Source of the DNA: Bispira polyomma
Taxonomy: Eukaryota
DNA length: 64,000 bases
Assembly (NCBI GenBank): GCA_965649765.1
Contig: OZ287754.1
Span: 59,396,001 to 59,460,000, forward strand
Direction: 5' to 3'
The notes under the pieces were generated by a model. That model was not told where the DNA came from. It searched no databases and worked only from the letters and a program-made list of their open reading frames with translations. The translations under genes and the position numbers were made by a program. Numbering within the stretch: the stretch's first letter is position 1; each line of letters starts with the position of its first letter. Shown here piece after piece: positions 52,271 through 64,000 of the stretch.

Positions 52271-52809
52271 CTGAACACACACAAAACAACACTAAAAGCA
52301 CATGCCACAACAAGCCCAAAATGTAAAAGCAAACCAATTAGTAGATTAGTAATATAGCAAAAGCAACTCTATGTCACCTTTAAGATTAAAGAAAAGTCTA
52401 TTTACAAAAAGGAAAAACTTTTTAACAAGCACATAAAACTGAAATAAATAACAATGCATGCAAAAATGAACTCAAACAAATCAGCCACCTCCGCATACAC
52501 AATCTGTGAAATAGAACACCATGCTGAAATTTAGAAAACATGAAGGCACCACATCTATGTGAAGCAATAAGGAAACAACAGTCAATGCTTTCCAGGAAAA
52601 ACAAATTACACTATTCTGAAATAGTAAATCCTGGACAAAGGAGTAAAAGGAAGATTAATACGCCGGACTGTGATTGCCCCACAGTGGACTCATTGACTAA
52701 CTAAACGGTAAAAATGTCTCATCAAATATACATGTACTTTCTTTATTACCTTTTTTGGGAAACCAAATATTGAAGAATACAGTTGTGAACACCACAAAGG
52801 GTTGATATA

Positions 52810-52969
52810 CAGTGGAACCCTGTTAAGTCGAATCTGAAGGATCACAAAAATGTGTTTTTTTGCAACAGGGTATCTACTTAACGGGGTAAATTTTTATTAG
52901 AAATATAGTGATGGGACCTTAAAATAACTTCTACTTAACAGGTAATTCCACTTATCAGAGTTCTGACTG
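52810..52969. mobile_element. TA-flanked MITE, uninterrupted relative of 27712-29519
   Basis: TA-CAGT...ACTG-TA termini and shared interior (GATTCGACTTAA, AGTAGAAGTTATTTTAAGGTCCCAT). Confidence 0.75.
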
Positions 52970-54847
52970 TACAAACTTAGAAATAACTTTAACCCATGCA
53001 TAAACGATGCAAAGTATAAATTCCTATGTAGCCATTTCTACACGTTCTCTGATTGGCCTACAAACACTATTTAATATACAATATGTACCTCTATATCCCA
53101 AGCCCTGTACCTGGAGAGGCCATTGCAATGGCAACAGTTACCATAACAGAAACCAATCTAGGATTGCACTGAGATCAGCTGAATAAATCGTACTTCTGGT
53201 AATAATTACACAAAGACCTCAAAACTGATCTCAGAATGAAATGAACCCTCAGATATTATTGTGGGCACACGACATGAAAATGGTATTAAATGACACAATT
53301 AGTCATGTTAGGATGGTTAATACAACAATGTCATTCACACCTATACTTCCTATGGAGTGATGCCAAACCCACTCTAAAATTTAAAGGATTCATCCTTTTG
53401 TCCCAAACCTAATTCTTCTAAACAAATGTCATGCAAAATGCTTCAGTAGTTATGTATAAATGATAATCATGAATAAACCAACTAAAAGATAACTTACTAG
53501 ATACAGGGGGAAAACATAACCTCACTTTTTTCACATGATATAAAAGGTAGTTATTCTTGCTTTAAAACGTTCACCTTATCTATCAATAGTTCAGATAAAA
53601 AAATAAACTAAATAGTTGTACATGTACTTGATTCGCGACATCCTTGTAATTTAGCTTACTTAAAGGTCATAAATGGTATGAATATTCGTATGTGGTATTA
53701 TTTGTATCCATTGTAAGGACTGACAAGAATAAAGCTAAACAACATGATAAACAACATGTAAAGCATTGCATTCACATCATGTCAACCACCAAACTCATTT
53801 TTGAAACTCAAATCTTTGTTATATTCACACGTACACAGTACTACATACAAAAATCTTTTTGCTGCTATATATCATTCAAGAAATTAATCTATTTCTATAT
53901 TTATCTATTGTGTTATTAGTGTTTAAAGCTGACTTAAGGGGTATGACTATTTCTATATTTATGTACTATGTATTATAGGTCTCCATTATATTATGATGTG
54001 TAGATTACTGTTATCAACTGAAATGACAAACGTAGAGCTAATGATAAGCCACATAAACAAATCAAACACCTCCATTCACGTGATTTCAACCTCCAATCGC
54101 ATTTAGGAAATGAAATCTTCTAACAAATATCATTCAAACGTTTACACAAAGTGACAACAAGGAGTTAGTCCACTGAGTGAAAGAGACAGAAGGTTCACTT
54201 TTCTGGCCAGTTGTCTGACTTTCAAGTAGAGCTGGTAAGTGGGTCCCAGTGTACCGCATTTGAGGCTTTCCTTCTCACTCATAGTGTCTCGCATACACCA
54301 GCAACTCAAAGCTTTCACACAAAAACACAACCAACACACGATGAAACACAATAGTCCCCAACTTAAGTGTAGAGCTTTTCACTTGTCACAATATAAAATC
54401 ATCATAAATTGTCTTACAAAACAGAAGTAATTCGCATTATAAAAGTGAAATATCCAAAACGAAAACCCCAAATATTAACAAAAGGAAAGGTTTGTACCCC
54501 CAGTGAAAGGTATTAAAACAAAATGAAAATGTCTCTTGTTAATGTACAGAAACAAAAATATTTCAGATAAATCATAAATGTAATATTGACATACACTACA
54601 ACGTTTATTATAAAGCATGTTTATACCAGTAAAATGGTAAATTCACTCGTTTTCCACCAACATAAAGTAACAATGAAAGCCTACATTAGCTCTGAACCAT
54701 CTAGCAACATAGACAACCGAGCAAAATAAACACAAAAATAGTGTAGACCACCAGGGGTAGTACACCCATGACCTCATTCTGACAACTCTATTCATCTACA
54801 AGCAGCAGTGTAGAATTGCTTTAAAACGCTGACCATAGACTACTTAC

Positions 54848-55831
54848 TAGAACAGGAAGGTGAACATGTTGTCCACCTTTCTTAGGACCTGGCTCATTGA
54901 TGCCTGATGATGCAGTCGGGCTGATTTCATGCTCATGTACTTTTGTTGGTCTACCAGATGATTTGACACCGGTTGGTGCAGCCACATTGGTATTTTGCTC
55001 CTGCATTATTGTGGTAGGACCCGGCTGGTTGACACCTGTTGGTGAAGCCAGGCTATTTCGTTGCTCTTGCTGCACTATTGGCGTTGATACCCTGACGCCT
55101 TTTGGTAAAGCTAGGCTTCTTCCCTGCTCTTGGGCTGCCATGGGATTGGACACACCTGTTGGCAGAGCCAGGTTGACTTCCTGCTCCTCTACTGTTAGGT
55201 TGTCAAAGCTGCTGGAGAGGGAGATGGTGGTCTTGCTGATTTTACTGTTGGTTGCTGGAGGAGTGGAGAATTCATTGTTGTCGTCATCATCCTCGGATTC
55301 CTCGGTACTCCAGCTCTTGTCTCCCCCACTCCCATCACCCGAGGACTCGCTCACCCCATCTATGTAAGCAAAAGCAGCCTCCACAGCCTCCAGACTACCC
55401 TCCTGGGGGCTCTTGGTATTCTTAATACTATCCTTCTCTACCTTCTCTGCCACCTGGAAAGCCACCTTTTTGGACTTTGGAGAGATGTTCTCAGAGGGTT
55501 GGACTTTGGGTTGCAATGAGCAGGAATTGGTGTTGTCTGCCTTTGGTACAATGACTGTACCAGACACAAAGGCTGCTGCTGGTGCTGATGATGGAGTAAC
55601 ATCCTCCTGTGGGGTCAAGGGTGGTGTACCAGGGGTCAAGTCCTCTAGCTCTGCTGTAGGAGCCAGTCCCTCTCTGATCTCACACACCACATCATCATAG
55701 ACACTCTGCGGGCTCTTCCCTCCACCTCCTCCCTGGTCAGTATTCTCCACAATAACTGGACCAGTATTACTGCCTAATGGTGGTGGTGTATCCGCAGAGC
55801 TTACTCCCAAACGTGCACTTCTTTCACCATC
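54848..55831 (-). CDS. large acidic/P/S-rich exon, 328 aa
   Basis: CATCAG| and CTA|GTAAGT. 984 nt, phase 0 to 0. Confidence 0.85.
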
Positions 55832-56994
55832 CTGATGATGCATCAGTGAAAGCATGCAGTAAGAAACAACATGGAGTGATTAAACAGCAAACCTCAACTT
55901 TATTACAAAGCTACTGGTCTGATAATATGGCATGCAGCTGTTATACATCTTGCATTTTTCTATTAAAATTAAAATGTATTTAAATTCATCAAAATGAAAC
56001 GCGCCAATTTGTAGTTCAGCTAATCTCAAAATTGTAGTAAGCATAAGCTTTCTACAGCAAAATCATCATACAATATAAAACTATCCATATTTTTGGGACA
56101 AAATCTGCTTTATATGTTACCTTTTAACTAGAGAGCTACAAAATATCTACTAATTAGGATCTAAAATAGATGTTAGCGCTGTTGTGATGCAAATACTACA
56201 TTGAAATTCAAATTTTTTCAATATATCTCGGTCCCAAAAAATGTTATACAGATAAAGTATATTACATTAAAGGTGAAATCAGAATATCACTCTTTCCAAA
56301 TTCCGTATAAACAGGAACACCATCAAAAACTGAAAAATATTTTTTATGAAATGAAAAAAACTGTAAAAACTTCCTCAGTTCATTTAAATTTGAGGCAACA
56401 TTTTTTTTTTTTTTTTACTTGGAGAAAAACCCATTCTGGGAAAGGAAATGGTAAAAAACTGTGTAAGAGTAACATATGTCTAATTATTATACCAGTAGGT
56501 CAAATGTTGGCCAGCTAAACAGCCAAAGCATCTGTGTCATCGTAAGTGATAAGCAATTTTCAAATTCCATATCACTGATAATCAATGCCATTAGCAAGAC
56601 ACCATGGAATATCATAGATAGATATTAACAGATTCATGTGTTCAGAAAACACAATATTCTGTAATTGCTAATGATTTTAAAGTTGTTTTAAGGGTAATAT
56701 TGAGGTCAATAATTCGAATAAATAAAGTAAATGTTGAGGGGCCATCTGAGTAATTTCACAGCAGAGCAGAAATATATTCAGGTTGTCGAAAAAACAAAAA
56801 CAAATCGACTGTGTATACCAAACAAAAGGTGGAGTTGATAAGCATGCCTGTAAGAAATTAGACTAATTAAAACACAATGGTACTTGACAAAATCCCCAAG
56901 ATGAGCCTTTACCTAGTTTTGCCACAATTTCTTATTTTCTCAATTTGTCTTATTTCTAGCAAACCTTGACAAAAATCACCAAGTTGATCCTTTG

Positions 56995-57174
56995 CCTATT
57001 TTGTTACAAAAGCTTTAATTCTAGAAAAACCCTATTTAAAATTGTGCCAATGCGGAACATTAGTCTGTGATTAAACAAGAGCCGCCCATTTTGTTACAAA
57101 AGCCTTAATTCTTGCAAAAACCCTATTTAAAATTGTGTCAATGCGGAACATCAGTCTGTGGTTAAATAAGAGCC
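56995..57174. repeat. ~90-bp tandem duplication
   Basis: ATTTTGTTACAAAAGC...AATGCGGAACAT...AAGAGCC occurs twice. Confidence 0.9.
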
Positions 57175-57421
57175 AAGGGAAAAGTTTATTCCACAAATAA
57201 GCCCTTAAGTTTTCAGCAATGGTTCATTCTATATCTGGATGCTATAACTTCTCAAGAACCCTATCAACACTGACTGAATTATTATTAGTTATAGCACAAC
57301 TAAAAAGTTATAATGTGGAGAAAAATTCTCCGAGAAATCTATCAACATTTCAAACACAACAACAACCAGTGTCTCTCTGGGAGATGCAAGACACTACAAC
57401 ATAGATTTCTAACTTCCCTAC

Positions 57422-58666
57422 CTTCTTTTTCAGATGACTAAAATAGGTCTGTAAGCCGGTTACTCCATCTATCTGTATCTTATGCAGATTCTGAGGCTGT
57501 CTCGAAATCAGCCATCTTGAGAGCTGTGGAAACCAGACCTTTTCCAGGACAGACTTTCTCTTGAGGCCATGATCCCTTTGTATCTGCGGCTTTATATCCT
57601 GATGACTGATCAGTACTGGCTTGCCAAATGTCTTCTGTCTGGTCAGTTGACAGCCCATGGTCTGTGGAGAATGCTCACCAGTGGTCAATGCTGCTGGCGG
57701 GGGACATGGCCTTTGAGTACCAGAGACTACTGGAATACTTGGTTGTATAAGTAGCTGGGAGGAGTACCTGGCTTTCTCACCTCCCTTATTCTCTGTATTA
57801 TTCTTGTTATTTCTCACACATGCCACTTTCACCTCTCTGTCTGGCTTCTCAAACTTGCTGATGATATTCTTCACATTGAGGTTGGAGTTTGGCAGGCGAT
57901 GCACCTCACGTTCATGCTTTTTATCCATGAGTTGAACGATCGACTTGATGTTCTTTGGCAGTTTGACGGGTGATGCGCCACAGGTCTTGTATGTACTAAA
58001 CATATTCCTGGGTAGAGAGTGCTTCCTGTTCTCAGGGCTATCCTGCACTAGCTGTACCTGCAGTGTACTCTTCATGCTGTTACTCCTGGACAAATCCCCA
58101 TTCATACACTGACCACTCTTCTCTACCAGTTTACCATTCACATACTTCGGACTTCCCAACACTTTAGGGAAGATCGTCAGACAGTTGGAGTTGGTCTTCT
58201 TCTTCAAGACGATTTTGGCGTCAGATTTCCAGAAGCGGTTACGGACCTTGTTCCATTGTAACTCCCCAACATAGTCCTTGTTAGCATAGAAATCATCCTC
58301 CATGATGCTGATCCGATTGGTTCCGAACTTGGGATGGTAATCCCCTTCTGCTTTACGGTTATACACACAATCTGTGTATGTCTGTCTTCCTTCAGTGAGT
58401 CTCCCTTTTCCCAAAGGTTCATCCAGTTCAGTAAAGTCCAACTCAAAGGATCCTTCCTCTGAACTCTCACTCTCTGGTTTGATGGCTCCAGTCAGGTCAG
58501 TCAGACTCTCCCCATTCAGTTTGAGAGCGGGTTTGACTTGACTGAGCTGAGGTGAGCTAGACATCGTCTCTACGACTACGTGGCACTGATTGGGCTCAAT
58601 ACTGAGACACGCCTTCGGCACATAAACCTCCTCTTCTGATCTGGCCTGTTCCTGAAGCTTAGCCAT
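57422..58666 (-). CDS. probable first coding exon, 415 aa (MAKLQEQARSEEE...SHLKKK)
   Basis: ORF 57350-58705. GGGATGG start in good Kozak-like context, AAG|GTAGGG donor in phase 0. The exact 5' boundary is uncertain. Confidence 0.78.
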
Positions 58667-59532
58667 CCCCTTTACTCTCAATGAATACAGTCCAACACAA
58701 TACACCCCAATTCAGAGATTACATTGCATATAACCTTTATCCCAAAATAACTTCATTAATTATTAATCTCTAATCAATGGAGAAATGGATATTATTAATT
58801 CCTTATTTATTAAATTCTAAGCCCAAGAACATTTTTCTTATTATAGTCCATATGAAATATAAAAACTTAAATTTGTTCAGTATTCTTAAAAAGGTTGTTA
58901 TAATTCAATATTGTTTTATTTATAATGTCATTAAAACGATAATCCAAATTCAATAGACAACAGCTCAGTCAAGTCTTTATAAATGTAAGTAAATCTGACT
59001 GCTAAATCGTCAATCTATATTTTCATATGTTGGTAAAAGTCACAAAGATACCAAACCCCAATTTATTAAAATTTTTAAGACATAAAAGTACGCAAACACA
59101 ATTTATGGAAGTAAAGTCAAAAATTTTAAACTAAGCATTTGTCATGCCAAGCTTGCCAAGCTTTAAGCCGCAGATTAGAAGGTGAATCTACATAAGAGTG
59201 GATTTCTGAGTCTGATCACACAGCCAGTCACACTTCACTACACAGCTATAGGAGTACCAAACAGGGAAAATGTCAAACACAATTATGAAAATATCACCGC
59301 TCTATATGGTTAAAGGTGATTGAATTCTCTAGCTAGATTTCCAATAGGGCAATTACTCAGGGTAAAAATAAAGCTCTCTTCCCCCAACAGAACCTTGGGA
59401 ACAGTATGTACAGCGTATATAATTACATCAAATATTGATGACGTATTTGTTCATTAATTTCAACCACTTCTGACGAACTGTTATAACAGGACAAAAAAAC
59501 CCTGTTTTAATTCTCTTCTGTATAAAGGTTAC

Positions 59533-59639
59533 CTTATCAATCACCAACCGAGAACTCGATTCTGAATATTTCTTTCACCACTATATATAACTGGTTAACA
59601 GTATTAGTAACAGGATTGTGTCTTGACGTCAGGCTGACG
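59533..59639 (-). promoter_or_regulatory. candidate core promoter and short non-coding first exon
   Basis: Full CRE TGACGTCA (59624-59631) and half site TGACG (59635-59639), TATATATAG (59589-59581), Inr-like TCAGAA near 59563, then AAG|GTAACC donor at 59532. About 0.9 kb upstream of the first coding exon. Confidence 0.45.
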
Positions 59640-61954
59640 AATCGTTAGACCCAAACACACATACTGGCCAGATTCTGACTTTGACTGCAGTACAGTGAAA
59701 CCTCTATTTTCAAAACACTTTGGAAAAGTGATTAAGCTTTTTGGACAGAAGAATGTTTATAAAAAATTAAGGCATTTCAATGGAAAACAATAAGAAATTA
59801 AAAATTTGCCGGACTTAAACTCAGTTTACAAATTTTATATTCAAATGATAGAAGTTTGAATAATAGAGGTCATACTGTATGATAAGGTTATTTGGTGGGA
59901 CATCAACAAATTTGGACGATATCTTTCACTCACAATATTTTCTGAATTTTTACTACAATAACAAAACTTTTGGTCACTGCTTGATACAGCATGAAAGTTT
60001 AGTGACAGAAAAACACATTTGTGACAACTTTAAACATTTAGATGTGTCCATGGACATTTGGATAACCATGTAAATTGGTATTTCTTAAATTAGGACTTGT
60101 GGAAGAATATTGGCATTTCCCACATGTTTATGAGTTATACATTACACAATATTCAAAAGGTCAGTCAAAATGGGGTAAAATATAAAGGACACACGTCTAC
60201 AAACAACCTGTTATTACATAAACAATGGTGCTAACTATGAACCATATATAATGTATGCTATGCTATTATTACTTAATGGCGCTGTCTTCCCCTCATAATG
60301 TGGGGCTATTGATCAATTAATCGGTTATTTAGAATCCTAATCCTTGAGCAAGCGAGAGTTTGTCAGGAAACATGCATGGTACCTTGGGCAGTAAAGGTTA
60401 ACTGAAAGCTTGATTGAATAAGAACGATAGGAGCATCTTCCATAAAACTGCTATGGATGAACTGGTTCTGACATCCAGAAGAAGAGAATTTTACAAAGCT
60501 GGTGCTGTGTGACAGAAATTATTTAGGGAAGTATTTCAACTCATATATTCTCTTTCTCAGTCCGGTGGTTTTCACCCTGACTGAAGAGACCCAACAACAA
60601 AATAGATGATACTCAATAGACACAGCCTTCAGATTTGTTGAAGCTATACAAGTCTTGAATTTGTTGTGATCAGAAGCCTTCAAAGTTTGGGGTTTTCCCA
60701 AAAACTAATGACACTCCATGTTATAGGGTGATAAGCAATGAAAACCTGGCAGTCAATCTGCGAATGACAACCATCAAAGCAAGTGATGTTAGACTTGTGC
60801 AATTGGTATTATACAATGCATACAAAGAGATTAATCAAGGGGGCTCACTTAATCTTTATCAAGACTTTTGTCATTAGCAAGCCGCTGACAGCAATTGTTA
60901 TTCCCGGAACCTGTCTGTTGGCAAGCAGTCGATACCCCATATATTATTTTATTTCCCTTCAGTTCATCGCAGTAGGAAATTGTTAGTACAGCAGACTTCC
61001 TTGTTTAAAAAATTATACACAATGTTGTTATTTAATTCCGGAAGTAGTTTGCGGTGTCTATTTTAGTGAATTAAGTCATTTGTAACCTACTCCCAAAATA
61101 TTTCCTGGAGTACCCGGCGATAGTTTTCTCTTGGGCACAAAAGGGTAAAAACAAGGAAATCTTGAACAGACTTTCAAAAAACTACATAGGGGAGACAAAT
61201 GTGTGCCTCTGGTGCAGCACAGGCAAGTGACCCAACAGTGCAGGTAGTAAATGTGCCATTACTAAAAGGTATCATAACAGCTGCAGAAAAAACTTTGGAA
61301 AGTTATGTAATTATGCACAAAATTGGGTAACCTCTATTATCGAAACTACTATTACCTGACTACAAATATATTTAATTTTAATTAACTTAATGCCCTATAT
61401 TTATGTTATACCATGTGTATATTTACTACTTCTACAGCAGTTCTATTTTATAAGCTCTATTTTACCTAAAAAATACATAAAGGTTCTGAGTTTCTGCCGT
61501 ATATAGCTAAAACCTATCTGTTGCTATTTAATTATATCTATTGCCATAGCAACCAATCTCAATGGTAAATATGATGTGGGTAAGGCTAAACCAAACAAAT
61601 TAGCCACAATGTATAAATCTATATTTATCTTGGTTGCCTATGAGTAATCTAATCTTACATATAACGTTTATGATGCTATTACAACAAACACTGTTGTGCC
61701 ACAAAATCTGCAAGTGCAGAGATTATGTGTCTGAAAGTCTGTTACTCAATACAGTGTAGCATGAGAATGAGAATGAACAGAAGGATTCATTTTGTGAATG
61801 AACCTTCATAATAGTTGGCTGGATGATTTAATCAAAGATGTGTTGTTGATTAATCATCAGTCAGAGACTCCAACATTGTGGCTGCTCTGTCTTAAGTTTA
61901 TATAATTGATTATTTAACAAATACCTTCCCTAATTACAAAAAATCAAATATCTT

Positions 61955-62071
61955 GGACCCGTATTCACGAACGGTCTTAGCCAAGTCTCAGCTTCAATCT
62001 AGCACAATAGTATACTAGATTTGGTATAATAGACAAACACTTAGCTAAGTCCCTTTTGTGAATACAGGCCC
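61955..62071. mobile_element. short MITE
   Basis: GGACCCGTATTCACGAA..CTTAGCCAAGT / ACTTAGCTAAG..TTTGTGAATACAGGCCC inverted ends. Confidence 0.7.
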
Positions 62072-62328
62072 TGGTGTTTTTATATCATTTTATATAGTTT
62101 TTTTGCTAAACAAAGCAAGTTGTTATACACTTGTTAATTTGTTTTCGCTTACTGCCGCCATGTTTCCAGGAAGTACTATGTAGGTTATCGGTACATGCTC
62201 AAACGTCTGAAGATGACCAAATTCTTACCGGATCACAATATATTTTGGTTTGGGATGGCAATTATGTGCACCTTAATTTTTCAAACAATGAAATTAGGTG
62301 AAATCAAGATACCATGATAAAACAGATC

Positions 62329-64000
62329 AATTTGCCAAATTTAAAAATTAATTTTAAATTTTATTAGATAATACCTTACCATTTCCTAACAATAGCTTAC
62401 GTGTTGGAGCCGTCCAATTCACTGGCCAACGAAGATAAACGTTTTATGCTACCTTAAGCATACCAGTGAATTTTAGGTCTGTGTAGTGGACAATGGTCAG
62501 TCCCCCCCTGATAGGTCACGTGGGAAATCCCAAGGTGGTAAACCTCATCATTTTTAGTTGCAAGAAAAGCCCATAGTGAATACTAACTTGCGGGGATGGT
62601 TGGGAGGGACTTTCCTTGTTAGGAAATGGTAAGGTATTATCTAATAAAATTTAAAATTAATTTTTAAATTTGGCAATTTTATAGCGAAAATTGCCCTTAC
62701 CATTTCCTAACAATAGCTGAATACAGCCATGTCGGAAGGTGGGAAAGTATTCATAACACAGACCAAAATTTCACTGGAAATTCCTAGTGACATAATAATG
62801 CAAAACTGAAGTAAGATAGATTTATATCCTTACAGTAACGATTATCATAATAAGATAACAGGAAATTGTATGGCACTCCCTTAACAATTTCCTGATTGCC
62901 TGTGAAATACTAGTTGCACCCTCAATTCTATGCACTTTAAAGAAGCCATTGCATCTCCAAACTGCAAGCGCTTCAAAGCAAAAGCCTCGTAAAACTATGC
63001 ACACCAAGTCAAATGCATCTTAAAAGTTATGCACAGCCAAAGCAACTTGTCAACCAACTGTACAGGACCCAGTCAATCAACTGTGTACACTATGTACATG
63101 GAGGACATCTGATCATGTAAAACAGAGGAAAGACAACATAAGTCATATGAATAACAACATATACTTGAAATTCAGAATGACAACATATGAAAAACATATT
63201 CTTGAATAAAATCACAAGAATAAATCTAGACTCACTTTAGGGTTTACAATATGTTGATTAGCTACAATGGGACCTAGTTTGATAATGTCCCTGTTGTGCC
63301 AGCATACATCCTTAAGATAAAAATTGTTGAAGGTTGAGTGAGATCTACAATAGCAAGAAGACAAAATCTATCTAATGTAAAAGCACTACCCCTGTAAAGG
63401 CCAAAGAGGCCGCCATGGACCTAACATCATGGATCTTTACCTGTGTGACCTGCTAAGTCTCCTTACCTGTAAACTGATAACTCAGAATCACAGTCTGCTT
63501 AATCCAAGAGGACAAAGTCAAGCTAGTAAAATCCTTGGAAAAGCCCTCCTTAATGGCAATAATAATAAGGTTCTTACTCTTCCTTAAACCTGTGGTCCTA
63601 TCAAGATAATACTTGAGAGATCTAACAGGGCATAACAACCTATCCTCAAGCAATGAAGGATCTAGAGTAGGTTTCAAGGCAGGAATCCCAACTGGCTGTA
63701 CAGTCAAAGGACCATCTGAAGTCAGCTGATTCTTATCTAAAAAGATTGGAGATGGGGTATAAGTCACCTCTGACCAGTCACCTTTCCTACTGAAGGAGTT
63801 GAAAATCCAAGAAAGGATTTCACTCTTTCCATATGGCTACGGCCATAAGAAAACTGTCTTAAAAGTCACAAGTTTTAATAAGGCCTTGGCTAAGAGTTCA
63901 AAAGGAGCCTTCGTGAGAGTTAGTCATACAAGAATGGATTTCACTCTTTCCGTAAGGCTAGGGCCATAAGAAAACTGTCTTAAAAGTCACAAGTTTTAAT
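62329..64000 (-). mobile_element. 3' end of a DIRS1-like tyrosine-recombinase retrotransposon (right ITR, ICR, YR remnant)
   Basis: Perfect 61-bp inverted repeat 62332-62392 / 62616-62676, 24-bp direct repeat 62374-62397 / 62695-62718, and YR coding remnant on the same strand. Confidence 0.88.
63212..64000 (-). pseudogene. decayed DIRS tyrosine recombinase
   Basis: Motifs KTVFLMA, LLCPVRSLKYYL, LSSWIKQTV, HDVRSMAASLAF (HxxR) and STFNNFYLKDV..LGPIVANQ (catalytic Tyr), interrupted by stops and frameshifts. Confidence 0.88.

Noticed and set aside
3540-52758. Perfect CArG boxes (e.g. 3540, 11811, 14328, 44907, 52749)
   Set aside because: About 4-5 are expected by chance in 64 kb at this AT content; no clear enrichment or clustering.
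54220-54300. Possible first exon MSEKESLKCGTLGPTYQLYLK|GTCAGA
   Set aside because: Short frame, modest donor and no promoter evidence; not distinguishable from chance.
52-58666. Assigning a gene symbol (LIMA1, XIRP2 or LIMD2)
   Set aside because: Only part of the LIM domain is visible and it is shared by several paralogous families; orthology needs a phylogeny.

Overview
This is AT-rich animal genomic DNA, most likely a mollusc or another lophotrochozoan, judged from MetaSINE-like SINEs, a Helentron/HINE-like satellite-carrying element and a DIRS retrotransposon. Almost the whole window is one minus-strand, multi-exon cytoskeletal-type locus. I rebuilt a frame-consistent exon chain by hand from GT-AG signals. 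It has a candidate CRE/TATA promoter near 59.6 kb, then five ~0.9-1.2 kb low-complexity exons and five small exons (about 1,850 aa in total). The chain then forks into alternative C-termini: (A) a 2-kb exon with six ~60-aa 'ENEP..R.DV.RE' repeats read through to a Lys/Pro-rich tail, (B) the same exon spliced at an internal donor to a terminal exon at 12.1 kb, and (C) a LIMA1/LIMD2/XIRP2-type LIM-domain exon at 52-179 that continues outside the window. The LIM exon could also be reached from internal first exons near 8.7 kb. The introns carry many MITEs, SINEs and minisatellites, plus a HINE-like element nested in a MITE. The window ends in the 3' end of a decayed DIRS1-like element with a readable ICR/ITR structure. 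The exon model is inferred from sequence only and has no transcript support.
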